DNA of 64,000 bases from an uncultured Actinomycetota bacterium. GTDB lineage: Bacteria > Actinomycetota > Actinomycetes > JAFAQI01. The stretch is from positions 161,822-225,821 of the forward strand of contig CAVYQE010000010.1 in NCBI GenBank assembly GCA_963770565.1, given 5' to 3'. This document shows positions 42,070-51,064 of this stretch, piece by piece. Position 1 is the first letter of the stretch. Each line of letters starts with the position of its first letter. The position numbers and the translations under genes are program-made. The notes beneath the pieces were generated by a model, which saw only the letters and a program-made list of their open reading frames with translations, was not told the DNA's origin and ran no database searches.

Positions 42070-43290
42070 CTAGCGGATGCCGAGTAGGGCGTCCACGGCG
42101 ATCGCGGCGGCGGCCGGCGCGGCTGGGTCGGTTCCTTCCGTCGCGGCCCAGCGGTCGACCGCGTCCAGCGCGGTCACGGTGTCCAGCCCTTCGCGCAACG
42201 CGTGCCTTAGCCCGGCAACAAGGGTCTCGACCGGTGCGGCAGCAGCACGCGCAGTCGTCGCGCGCCACCGACCGAGACGATCCGACGCGGCCTCGATCTC
42301 CTCGTCATGCCACTCCCAGGCGGCCTCGTGCGAGTGCCCGAGCAAGGCCAACCGGATCGCCATCGGGTCGACCCCGGAGGTGCGCAGCTTCGACACCAGG
42401 ACCAGGTTGCCGCGCGACTTCGACATCTTCTCGCCGTCGTACCCAACCATCGCCTGATGCAGGTACACCCGCGCGAACGGATGCTGGCCGGTGACCGTCT
42501 CGGCATGAGCTGCGCTCATCTCGTGGTGCGGAAAGACCAGGTCGTCCCCGCCACCTTGTACGTCGATCGTCGCACCGAGCTGCTTCATCGCGATCGCTGA
42601 GCACTCGATGTGCCAACCGGGACGCCCGTGCCCGAGCGACGAGTCCCAGGCCGGCTCGCCTTCGCGCTTCGAACGCCAGAGCAAAGGGTCGAGCGGGTCC
42701 TTCTTGCCCGGGCGATCCGGGTCGCCGCCGCGCTCGGCCGAGAGCCGCACCATCTCCGCGACCGGCAACCGGCTCACCGCACCGAAGTCGGCATCAGCGG
42801 CCACCGAGAAGTAGATGTCACCGTCGAGGTCGTAGGCGGCGCCCCGCTCCCGAAGCGCCTCGATCGCCTGCACGATGTCCGGGATCGCTTCCACCGCACC
42901 GATGTAGGCAGCCGGGGCGATCACCCGGAGCGCCGCCATGTCCTCGCGAAACAGCTGGGTCTCGCGCTCGGCGATCTCGGTCCAGTCCTGACCGGTCTGC
43001 ACCGCGCGCTCCAGCAGCGGGTCGTCGACGTCGGTGACGTTCTGCACGTAGTGCACGGTCTTGCCGGAGTCGATACAGACCCGTTGAAGCTCGTCGAACA
43101 GCAGGTACGTCGCCGCATGCCCGAGATGGGTGGCGTCGTACGGCGTGATACCGCAGACGTACATCGAGATCTCGTCCCGGCCCGCACCGAGGTCGACCAG
43201 CTCACCGGTCGAGGAATCGCGCACCCGGACCGGCTGCTCCGACGCAGCCCCCTCGATCCGCGGAACGAGAGGCGAGGTCCAGGAGCGCAC
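42070..43290 (-). CDS. mshC: Mycothiol biosynthesis cysteine ligase MshC
   Basis: [44 protein letters not shown]; lacks an anticodon-binding domain. Confidence 0.95.
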   Translation of the reverse strand: MRSWTSPLVPRIEGAASEQPVRVRDSSTGELVDLGAGRDEISMYVCGITPYDATHLGHAATYLLFDELQRVCIDSGKTVHYVQNVTDVDDPLLERAVQTGQDWTEIAERETQLFREDMAALRVIAPAAYIGAVEAIPDIVQAIEALRERGAAYDLDGDIYFSVAADADFGAVSRLPVAEMVRLSAERGGDPDRPGKKDPLDPLLWRSKREGEPAWDSSLGHGRPGWHIECSAIAMKQLGATIDVQGGGDDLVFPHHEMSAAHAETVTGQHPFARVYLHQAMVGYDGEKMSKSRGNLVLVSKLRTSGVDPMAIRLALLGHSHEAAWEWHDEEIEAASDRLGRWRATTARAAAAPVETLVAGLRHALREGLDTVTALDAVDRWAATEGTDPAAPAAAAIAVDALLGIR

Positions 43291-43324
43291 GCGCAGAGCC
43301 TATTCGGGCGCCCCCACTTCTCAT

Positions 43325-43385
43325 GTTGATCATGGCGAAGCGAGTAATTTTCGCGCCGATTTTCGCGCTCTTCGCCATGGTCAAC
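43325..43385. repeat. 16-bp inverted repeat element
   Basis: GTTGATCATGGCGAAG (43325-43340) / CTTCGCCATGGTCAAC (43370-43385), enclosing two copies of ATTTTCGCGC. Confidence 0.8.
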
Positions 43386-43413
43386 TCGCGGGGTGGACGG
43401 CGCGCTCGGGCAG

Positions 43414-44145
43414 CTAGAAGGGCGGCCACGGCACCGGCGGCCAGTCGCCGTGCGGAACCGGGTGGCGTCCGGTCGAGAGCAGCCGGTCGATCCGGCGCTT
43501 GGTCGCCCAGACCTCGTCCTTGCTGAGCAACTCGCCGACCGTGCGCCCGAGCGCACCGGACAAGTCGGCCTTCAGCGCGTGCAGTACGCCGACCGCTTCC
43601 TCGGTGAGCCGCTTGCCCTGCCAGCCCCAGAGCAGGGTGCGCAGCTTGTCCTCGACCGAGAAGCAGACGCCGTGGTCAACGCCGTACACATGCCCGTCCG
43701 GGAGCGGCAAGAGGTGGCCGCCCTTGCGGTCGGCATTGTTGACGACCGCGTCGAACACCGCCATCCGCCGTAGCGGCTCGACCCCACTGCGGGCGAGCGC
43801 TGACAGGTCAGTCTCCGGGTCGACGTCGATCCAGAGCTGGCACATGCCGATGCCGTAGGGGCCGTCGCGCATGACGGTCGGCGGCACGACGTCCCAGCCG
43901 GTCGCGACCGACACCTCGAACGCAGCGACTTCGCGGGCGGCCAGGGTGCCGTCCGGGAAGTCCCAGAGCGGGCGCTCCCCCGCTATCGGCTTGTAGACGC
44001 AGGCGGCCGTGATGCCGTCACAGGTGACCGTGCAGTACAGCGTCGCGTTCGACGCGTCGACGAGCCGACCTTCGATCTCGAGGTCGCCGTCACGCAACAA
44101 CTGCAGCGCGTCGTCGAGGTCGAGGACGCGGACCGGCTCGCTCAT
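43414..44145 (-). CDS. SCO1664-family PI3/4-kinase-like protein
   Basis: VYKP..GERPLWDFPDGTLA.REVAA, NNADRKGGH, VDHG, KLRTLLWGW. Confidence 0.9.
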   Translation of the reverse strand: MSEPVRVLDLDDALQLLRDGDLEIEGRLVDASNATLYCTVTCDGITAACVYKPIAGERPLWDFPDGTLAAREVAAFEVSVATGWDVVPPTVMRDGPYGIGMCQLWIDVDPETDLSALARSGVEPLRRMAVFDAVVNNADRKGGHLLPLPDGHVYGVDHGVCFSVEDKLRTLLWGWQGKRLTEEAVGVLHALKADLSGALGRTVGELLSKDEVWATKRRIDRLLSTGRHPVPHGDWPPVPWPPF

Positions 44146-44155
44146 CTCTCCAGTG

Positions 44156-44725
44156 TCACCCAGCGTGCATGTGCCCGTTCTGGCGCGGGCAGATGTGACC
44201 CTCGGCGTCGAGCGGGTTGCCGCACAGCGGGCACGGCGGCCGGCCGGCTGCGACCACCCGCAGCGCGCGCTTCGCGAACGCGCGCGCCACGGCCGGCGAC
44301 AACCGGACCCGCAGCATGTCGGCGTCGGTCTCGATGTCGGAGGGCGCGGCCTCGGCGGTCTCGGCGTCCTCACCAGGGTCGGACTGCGCCTCGATGATCA
44401 CCTGCGAGTCGTCGTCGTCCCAGGCCAGGGCAAGCGTGCCGACCCGGAACTCCTCTTCGACCGGTACGTCGAGTGGCGCGACATCCTCGAGCTGCGGCGG
44501 CGAGACCGCGGGTACGGCGGAGTCGGCGCCCTGCCGGCGGCGTACCTCGTCCAGCAGCTCGTCGAGGCGCTCGGCGAGCGCCGACACCTGAAGTTTTTCG
44601 AGCGCGACCGAGACTGTGCGCCCCGCGCCGGTGGCCTGCAGGTAGAAGGTGCGGTCGCCGGGCTGTCCCACCGTGCCGGCAACGAAGCGGTCCGGCGGGT
44701 CGAAGGCGAACTCCCGGCCAGCCAT
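44156..44725 (-). CDS. DUF3090-like protein
   Basis: RFVAGTVGQPGDRTFYLQA, AGRPPCPLCG.PLD..GHICPR.NG. Confidence 0.9.
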   Translation of the reverse strand: MAGREFAFDPPDRFVAGTVGQPGDRTFYLQATGAGRTVSVALEKLQVSALAERLDELLDEVRRRQGADSAVPAVSPPQLEDVAPLDVPVEEEFRVGTLALAWDDDDSQVIIEAQSDPGEDAETAEAAPSDIETDADMLRVRLSPAVARAFAKRALRVVAAGRPPCPLCGNPLDAEGHICPRQNGHMHAG

Positions 44726-44760
44726 GGGCTCAGCCTATGTCGCTGCGCTGGGTGCGGGCG

Positions 44761-45456
44761 TTACGCGTCAGCGCCGGCTCCGCCGCCGACCGCCGCGTCA
44801 GAGCTCGCTTTGCGCCGGCGGCTGCGCTTCTTGGGCGGCAACAGGTCAGCGACCGCGCCACCGCGGTCGTTCATCCGCACGACAAAGGGCCGGAGCGGCG
44901 TGTAGCGAACCACCGAGACCGACGCCGGGTCGACCTGGATCCGCTGGAAGGCATCGAGGTGCATGCCGAGCGCGTCCGCCAGGATCGCCTTGATCACATC
45001 GCCGTGGCTCACCGCGATCCAGGTGGCCTCGTCGCCGAGTTCGGCGTTGTGGAACCGGACCGCCTCGACCGCCCGCGCCTGGGTCTCCCGCAGCGCCTCG
45101 CCGCCGGGGAACCGGGCCGCGCTCGGGTGCGACTGCACGACCTTCCACAGCGGGTCCTTGGCGAGGGTCTTGAGCGGCTGGCCCTCCCAGTCGCCGTACC
45201 GGCACTCCCCCAGCCGGTCGTCGGTCTGCACAGTAACGCCGTCACGACTGGCCGCCAGCGCGGACGCGGTCTCCTGGCACCGCTCCAGCGGGCTCGACAC
45301 GATCGCGGCGACCGGGACCGTGGCCAGCCGCTCGGCCAGGGCGGTCACCTGCTCGACGCCCTTCTCAGCCAGGTGGATGCCCGGCGTCCAGCCGGCCAAC
45401 ACGCCGCTGCTATTGGCGTCGGTGAGGCCATGACGCACGAACACGACGGTCGTCAC
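44761..45456 (-). CDS. Histidine phosphatase family protein (MSMEG_4193-like)
   Basis: VRHG, SSPLERC.ETA, ECRYGDWEG, VSHGDVIK. Confidence 0.92.
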   Translation of the reverse strand: MTTVVFVRHGLTDANSSGVLAGWTPGIHLAEKGVEQVTALAERLATVPVAAIVSSPLERCQETASALAASRDGVTVQTDDRLGECRYGDWEGQPLKTLAKDPLWKVVQSHPSAARFPGGEALRETQARAVEAVRFHNAELGDEATWIAVSHGDVIKAILADALGMHLDAFQRIQVDPASVSVVRYTPLRPFVVRMNDRGGAVADLLPPKKRSRRRKASSDAAVGGGAGADA

Positions 45457-45475
45457 GGCTTCATCCTGCCTGGCG

Positions 45476-46525
45476 CTACTCGCCGGTGCCGGACTTGTCG
45501 AGCGCCTCGGCGGCCGCGCGCAGGCCGGCGATCCGCTCGTCCTGGGTCGCGCCGTAGCAGCTGATGTTCAGCATGGTCACGCCCGAGCTCGCGAAGGCCT
45601 GCATCCGCTCGGCGATCCGGTCCACCGGGCCGAGCAGCGAGGTGCGGTCGATGAAGTCCAGCGGTACGGCGGCGCCGGCCTCGTCGTACTTGCGGTCGAG
45701 GTAGAGGTCCTGGATCTGCGCTGCTTCGGCCTCGAAGCCCATCCGGCACGCCAGTCGGTTGTAGAAGTTCTGCTCCCGGGACCCCATCCCGCCGATGTAG
45801 AGCGCGGCGTAGCCCCTCGCCGGTGCCGCCGCCGCCTCGATGTCGTCGCCGAGCAATACGGGCGCGGTCGGGACGATGTCGAAGGGCGCGTCAGAGCGGC
45901 CCGCCTTGGCCTTGCCCGCGTCGACCGACGCGATCAGCTCGCCGGCGAACTCGGGGTCGTAGAAGATCGCCAGCCAGCCGTCGCACTTCTCGCCGGCCAG
46001 CTCGAGGTTCTTCGGCCCGATCGCGGCCAGATAGATCGGCATGTATTCGCGGATCGGATGGATGATCATCTTCAGCGCCTTGCCGGGGCCGTCGGGCAGC
46101 GGCAGCGTGAAGTGCTCACCCTGGTAGGCCACCCGCTCGCGCGAGAGCGCGAGCCGGACGATGTCGATGTATTCGCGGGTCCGGCCGAGCGGCTTGTCGA
46201 ACCGGACGCCGTGCCAACCCTCTGACACCTGCGGCCCGGAAACACCGAGACCGAGCCGGAACCGGCCACCCGACAGCGTGTCGATCGTCGCGGCCGTCAT
46301 GGCGGTCATGGCCGGTGTTCGACCGGGGATCTGGAAGATCGCGCTGCCGACGTCGATCGTGGTCGTGTGCGCGGCGATCCAGGTCAGGACCGTCGCCGCA
46401 TCACTGCCGTACGCCTCGGCGGTCCACACGCAGGTGTAGCCGAGTCGCTCGGCCTCCTGGACGAGACGGATGTTGTCGGCGTCGCTGGCAAGGCCCCAGT
46501 AGCCGAGATTCAGTCCGAGCCGCAC
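45476..46525 (-). CDS. LLM-class F420-dependent oxidoreductase
   Basis: RLGLNLGYWG, AEAYGSD, GLGVSGPQVSEGWHG, LYIGGMG. Confidence 0.92.
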   Translation of the reverse strand: MRLGLNLGYWGLASDADNIRLVQEAERLGYTCVWTAEAYGSDAATVLTWIAAHTTTIDVGSAIFQIPGRTPAMTAMTAATIDTLSGGRFRLGLGVSGPQVSEGWHGVRFDKPLGRTREYIDIVRLALSRERVAYQGEHFTLPLPDGPGKALKMIIHPIREYMPIYLAAIGPKNLELAGEKCDGWLAIFYDPEFAGELIASVDAGKAKAGRSDAPFDIVPTAPVLLGDDIEAAAAPARGYAALYIGGMGSREQNFYNRLACRMGFEAEAAQIQDLYLDRKYDEAGAAVPLDFIDRTSLLGPVDRIAERMQAFASSGVTMLNISCYGATQDERIAGLRAAAEALDKSGTGE

Positions 46526-46590
46526 CCCGCGGAGCCTACCGGCGCCACCCGCCATGGCTCATCGGTGTGCCCCTGACCACACGAGACGCT

Positions 46591-47193
46591 TCAGCGGACA
46601 TAGGCCGCAAGCACGTGGATGGTCGGGGCGCGCTGCAGGCAGCCCGGCACGAAGTTGTAGTCCGGCGGCCCGTCGAACGGCCCGTCGATCGGCTGCCTCG
46701 CGTGCTGCAACGTTATCGAGATGCGAAGCGGACCCGGCCTCGGTCCGCACCAGCTCAGCCAAGTAAGCATGAGGTCGGCTCGTTGTTGCGGCTCGATCCG
46801 AATGCTGCGATGCACGGCCTTGGGATTGGCAACGAAGCGGATCCCGACGACGTGGCCGGCTCGCGTTGTGACACTGACCGAGCTCGGCATCCCCCTGAGT
46901 CGACAGGCACGCGCGGACACGTTGGTGAGAAACACGTCGACGTGGGCGGACCCGAATCCACCCCCCTGGCGCCCCCCTTGTAGGCGCAGCATGCCTGGCG
47001 TGCACGGCCTGACGGCTTCCGGCTTCGCCGAGCTCGGCGTGCTTGGCGTGATCGACCCCGCCGGTTGGCTAGGGCTGAGCGCCGGTCGCGTTACCTCGGG
47101 CGCCGAGTGCTGACCCTTCGCCGTACATCCGCTGTTCAGCATGGCGGCCACGAGCGCAACCGTCGCGAACGAACCGGCTCGCACCTTGCTCAC
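46591..47193 (-). CDS. Putative lipoprotein (DUF4232-like)
   Basis: Signal peptide ending SGC, Pro/Ser linker, then PC....L.L...GG......LTN.S..ACRLRG.P. Confidence 0.65.
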   Translation of the reverse strand: MSKVRAGSFATVALVAAMLNSGCTAKGQHSAPEVTRPALSPSQPAGSITPSTPSSAKPEAVRPCTPGMLRLQGGRQGGGFGSAHVDVFLTNVSARACRLRGMPSSVSVTTRAGHVVGIRFVANPKAVHRSIRIEPQQRADLMLTWLSWCGPRPGPLRISITLQHARQPIDGPFDGPPDYNFVPGCLQRAPTIHVLAAYVR

Positions 47194-47294
47194 TATCGCT
47201 AGACGCCGACCTGATCAGCGCGGTTGGTCGACGCCGGACCCACCCGCATGGCCCATCGGTGTGCCCCTGGCCGTGCGCCGGGCAAGATAGCCAC

Positions 47295-47648
47295 ATGGAA
47301 CGTGTGCTTGGCGTTGGCGGGTACTTCATCCGGGCAGCCGACCCGGCGGCCCTTGGCGCGTGGTATCGCGATTGCCTCGGCCTGGATGCTGACGAGAACG
47401 GCTTATGGCGTCAGGAAGCCGGGGCGACCGTGTTCGCGACTTTCGAGTCCGAGACCGACTACTTCGGCTCCCGCGCCCAGCAGACGATGCTCAACTTCCG
47501 GGTCCGCGACCTGGAGGCGATGCTCGCGCAACTGCGGGCCAAGGGAGCGGAGGTGGTTCAGGAGACTCAGGAGATGGAGGGCGTCGGCCGCTTCGGCTGG
47601 GTCACCGATCCCGAGGGCAATCGAATCGAGCTGTGGCAGCCCAGCTGA
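47295..47648 (+). CDS. VOC/glyoxalase family protein
   Basis: RVLGVGGYF, WYRDCLG, MLNFRVRDL, GRFGWVTDPEGNRIELWQP. Confidence 0.92.
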   Translation: MERVLGVGGYFIRAADPAALGAWYRDCLGLDADENGLWRQEAGATVFATFESETDYFGSRAQQTMLNFRVRDLEAMLAQLRAKGAEVVQETQEMEGVGRFGWVTDPEGNRIELWQPS

Positions 47649-47669
47649 CACACCAGGCCCGCACGCCCT

Positions 47670-47823
47670 AACCCCACGCATGGCCCATCAGTGGCGCTAT
47701 AGCCCCACGCATGGGCCATCGGTGGGGCCCGAGCCCCACGCATGGGCCATTGGTGGGGCCCGAGCCCCACGCGTGGGCCATAGGTGGCGCTATAGCCCCA
47801 CGCATGGGCCATGCGTGTGGGGG
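47670..47823. repeat. Tandem array of about five 31-bp palindromic units
   Basis: Unit AGCCCCACGCATGGGCCATNGGTGG(G/C)GC... starting at 47670, 47701, 47732, 47763, 47794; related single copies at 23963, 46545 and 47240. Confidence 0.92.
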
Positions 47824-47877
47824 GCGCTCCGCCGTGTCGGCCTGCCGGTGCGCGGTGCGCGCCGATAACCTCCCGGC

Positions 47878-48861
47878 ATGAAGCAGCGGCGCCTCGGCAC
47901 GACCGGTCTCTACGTCTCCCATCTCGCACTGGGGACGATGAGCTGGGGCCACGACACCGACGAGGACGACGCGTCCAACCAGCTGACCGCGTTCGTCGAG
48001 GCCGGCGGAAATCTGATCGACACCGCAGACGTCTACATCAACGGCGAGAGCGAGCGGGTGCTCGGCCACCTGCTCGCCGGCGTGGTGAAGCGCGACGACG
48101 TGATCATCGCGACCAAGGCGGCCAGCGTCCGCGGCGGCGATCGCGACCGGGACGCCTCGCGCCACCACATCCTGGCCGCCCTCGACGCCTCCCTGCAGCG
48201 ACTCGGCACCGACCACATCGATCTGTGGCAGATGCACGCCTGGGATCCCCGCACCCCGCTCGAGGAGACGCTCGCCGCGCTCGACGTCGCGGTGAGCTCG
48301 GGCCGGACCCGCTACGTCGGGATCAGCAACTACACCGGCTGGCAGACCGCGAAGGCGGCCGCCTGGCAGCGCGCCTGGCCCGGGCGCGCGCCGATCGTCG
48401 CCACCCAGGTCGAGTACTCGCTGCTCCAGCGCGGCATCGAGCGCGAGGTCGTGCCGGCCGCGCTCAACCTCGGGATCGGGATCCTGCCGTGGTCGCCGCT
48501 CGGCCGCGGCGTCCTGACCGGCAAGTACCAGACCGGTACGCCGGCCGACTCGCGTGGCGCGAACGCCGACTACAGCAGGTTCATCTCGGCGTACCTCGAC
48601 GAGCGGGCGTCCCGGATCGTCGGGGCGGTCATGACGGCGGCGGACGGCCTCGGCGTGTCGCCGCTCGCCGTATCCCTCGCTTGGGTCCGCGACCGGCCGG
48701 GCGTCGTCGCGCCGATCGTGGGCGCGCGCACCGCGGGTCAGTTGAAGGGTTCGCTCGAGGCCGACACGACCGTCTTGCCGGACGAGATCCGCCGCGCGCT
48801 CGACGACGTGTCGACGCCCGACATGGGTTATCCCGAGGCCCCGCCGCTGCTCGGTTCTTGA
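47878..48861 (+). CDS. Aldo/keto reductase
   Basis: LALGTM, DTADVY..G.SE, SLQRLGTDHIDL, GISN, QVEYSLL, PWSPLGRG. Confidence 0.95.
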   Translation: MKQRRLGTTGLYVSHLALGTMSWGHDTDEDDASNQLTAFVEAGGNLIDTADVYINGESERVLGHLLAGVVKRDDVIIATKAASVRGGDRDRDASRHHILAALDASLQRLGTDHIDLWQMHAWDPRTPLEETLAALDVAVSSGRTRYVGISNYTGWQTAKAAAWQRAWPGRAPIVATQVEYSLLQRGIEREVVPAALNLGIGILPWSPLGRGVLTGKYQTGTPADSRGANADYSRFISAYLDERASRIVGAVMTAADGLGVSPLAVSLAWVRDRPGVVAPIVGARTAGQLKGSLEADTTVLPDEIRRALDDVSTPDMGYPEAPPLLGS

Positions 48862-48888
48862 TCGTCGGCAGGCCCTACTCTCGCGCAG

Positions 48889-50778
48889 GTGGATACGGCG
48901 TTCGAGGCGTTCTGCGAGGCCGGGCTCTGGCCCGGGCTCGGGCGGCCGACCGCGTCGCGGCTGGCAGCGGCGCACATCAACGGTCCAGACGACATCGACG
49001 CCGATGCGCTCTCCTCGATCGAGGGGGTGTCCGCGACGAAGGCCAAGCAGCTGGTCAAGTCCTTCGAGGACGCGCGACCGCGACTCGCGGTTGCCGAACT
49101 GCTCTTCGCGGCCAGCCTGCCGGTGCGCGCGGCGTTCGGGGCGGTCGACCTGCTCGGCCGTGATGCCGCGTCGCTGCTGACCACCGACCCCTGGCGGTTG
49201 CTCGCCGTACCAGGGGTCGAGGTGCGCGAAGCCGACCGCTTCGCCCTCGCCATTCTCGAGGAGCGACCGGGCAAGGACGACCCGCGCCGGGGCCGCGCCT
49301 TGACCACCTGGGCGCTCACCCGGGCCGCCCGCGACGGCCACACGGTGATGCCGGTCGCCACCCTGGTCGCGGCGCTGGCCGGCGTCGACGCCCCTGATCC
49401 GCTCCAGGCGATCGCGGCCGCGGTGGACGACGGCGAAGTGGTCGAGTTCGAGCCGGCGGACACCGACGGCGACGGCGAGTACGACGGCAAAGAGGTCGGC
49501 CTGCTCCGCTACGCGGTGGCCGAGGAAGCCGTGGCCGAGGGCATCATGCGGCTGACCGCGACCGCCACGGCGCTCGCGTCCGAAGCGGACGCGACCGGCG
49601 TCATCGACGAGCTCGACCCGGCCCAGCGCGCGGCGGTCGAAGCGGTCGCCGAGCACGGCGTGACGGTCCTGCACGGCGGGCCCGGCACCGGCAAGAGCCG
49701 CACGGTTGCGGCGGTCGTCGAGCTGGCCCGGAAGCGCGGCAAGCGGATCGCGCTCGCCGCTCCGACCGGTCGAGCCGCGAAGCGGCTCGAAGAGCTGACC
49801 GGCGAGCCGGCATCGACGCTGCACCGGCTGCTCGGCGCGCAGGGCCGGACCGGCGAGTTCCTGCGCGGCGAGACCTGGCCGCTCGACGCGGACGTCGTTG
49901 TGGTCGACGAGGCGTCGATGCTCGACATCGAGCTGGCGGCGGCCTTGCTCGGCGCCTGCCCCGATGCGACCCACCTGCTGCTTGTCGGCGACCCGGCGCA
50001 GCTGCCCTCGATCGGTGCCGGCCGGGTGCTCGGTGACGTCCTCGACTCAGGTGCCGTACCGGCCACCGAGCTGACGATCCTGCACCGCCAGGCCGAGGGT
50101 GGGTCGATCGCGCGGCTCGCCTCGGCGGTCCGCCAGGGCGAGCTTCCGGCCGTCAACGACCCGGCTCACGAGGTTGTCGTCGTACCGGCGGACGGCAGCG
50201 GTGATGCCGCCCGCCGAGTCGTTCAGCTGGTCACCGACTCGATCCCGCGGGCACTCGAGATCTCGCCCGACGACGTCCAGGTCGTGACCCCGGTGCATCG
50301 GGGCGCGGCCGGCACGATCGCACTGAACGCAGCCCTGAAGGAGAAGCTCAATCCCGGCCGTGGCGCGGTCGGCGGTTTCGACGTGGGCGACCGGGTGGTC
50401 GCCACCGCGAACCACGTCGACGAGGGATTCGCCAACGGCGAGATCGGGCTGGTCATCGGGGCCGATGACGGGATCCTGCAGATCGACTTCGGCGCCGGTC
50501 CGGTGCCGGTCACCGCAAAGCTGCGGATCGACATCGTGCACGGCTGGGCGCTCACCGTGCACCGGGCGCAGGGTTCGGAGTGGCCGGCGATCGTCGTCGC
50601 GCTGCCACCGGAGGCGAGCGGCATGCTCTCGCGACCGCTGGTCTACACCGCGCTCACCCGCGCGCAGCGGCACCTCTCGATCGTGCACGCCTGCGGCAGC
50701 GCACTCGCCCGCGGCGTCCGGGAGGTCGGTGCGCGCCCCCGTCGTACCCGGTTGGGCACGCTGCTCCGCGACGGCTGA
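48889..50778 (+). CDS. RecD2-like SF1B helicase with HhH region
   Basis: GGPGTGKS, APTGRAA, DEASM, GDPAQLPSIG, ALTVHRAQGSEW, YTALTRA. Confidence 0.92.
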   Translation: MDTAFEAFCEAGLWPGLGRPTASRLAAAHINGPDDIDADALSSIEGVSATKAKQLVKSFEDARPRLAVAELLFAASLPVRAAFGAVDLLGRDAASLLTTDPWRLLAVPGVEVREADRFALAILEERPGKDDPRRGRALTTWALTRAARDGHTVMPVATLVAALAGVDAPDPLQAIAAAVDDGEVVEFEPADTDGDGEYDGKEVGLLRYAVAEEAVAEGIMRLTATATALASEADATGVIDELDPAQRAAVEAVAEHGVTVLHGGPGTGKSRTVAAVVELARKRGKRIALAAPTGRAAKRLEELTGEPASTLHRLLGAQGRTGEFLRGETWPLDADVVVVDEASMLDIELAAALLGACPDATHLLLVGDPAQLPSIGAGRVLGDVLDSGAVPATELTILHRQAEGGSIARLASAVRQGELPAVNDPAHEVVVVPADGSGDAARRVVQLVTDSIPRALEISPDDVQVVTPVHRGAAGTIALNAALKEKLNPGRGAVGGFDVGDRVVATANHVDEGFANGEIGLVIGADDGILQIDFGAGPVPVTAKLRIDIVHGWALTVHRAQGSEWPAIVVALPPEASGMLSRPLVYTALTRAQRHLSIVHACGSALARGVREVGARPRRTRLGTLLRDG

Positions 50779-50830
50779 CCGGGGCGCATATCGGTGCCGA
50801 CACGAGGCCCCGGGCGATAACGTGACCGCG

Positions 50831-51064
50831 ATGGTCGACTACGAGTACCAGCGGATGGAGCTGCCGCGACACGTGTCGCGCAACGTCGCACTGCGGCTGC
50901 TCACCGACGCCGCCGAGTACGGCCGATGGGAGCTCGACCGGCTCCGGCTCTACCCCGACGGCCGTCGCCGGGTCGTCCTGCGGCGCCCGATCCTGCGGGT
51001 CCGCTCGACCCTGCAGCGAAGCTCCGGGCCCGGGTCGGCTAGCAGGTCGAGAGGAACCGGCTAA
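50831..51064 (+). CDS. DUF5703-like small protein
   Basis: YEY....PR.VSR.....LLTD.AEYG.WEL.R.RLYPDG.R.V.LRR. Confidence 0.8.
   Translation: MVDYEYQRMELPRHVSRNVALRLLTDAAEYGRWELDRLRLYPDGRRRVVLRRPILRVRSTLQRSSGPGSASRSRGTG

Noticed and set aside
47670-47823. CRISPR array
   Set aside because: Units are contiguous with no unique spacers, and there are no cas genes in the window.
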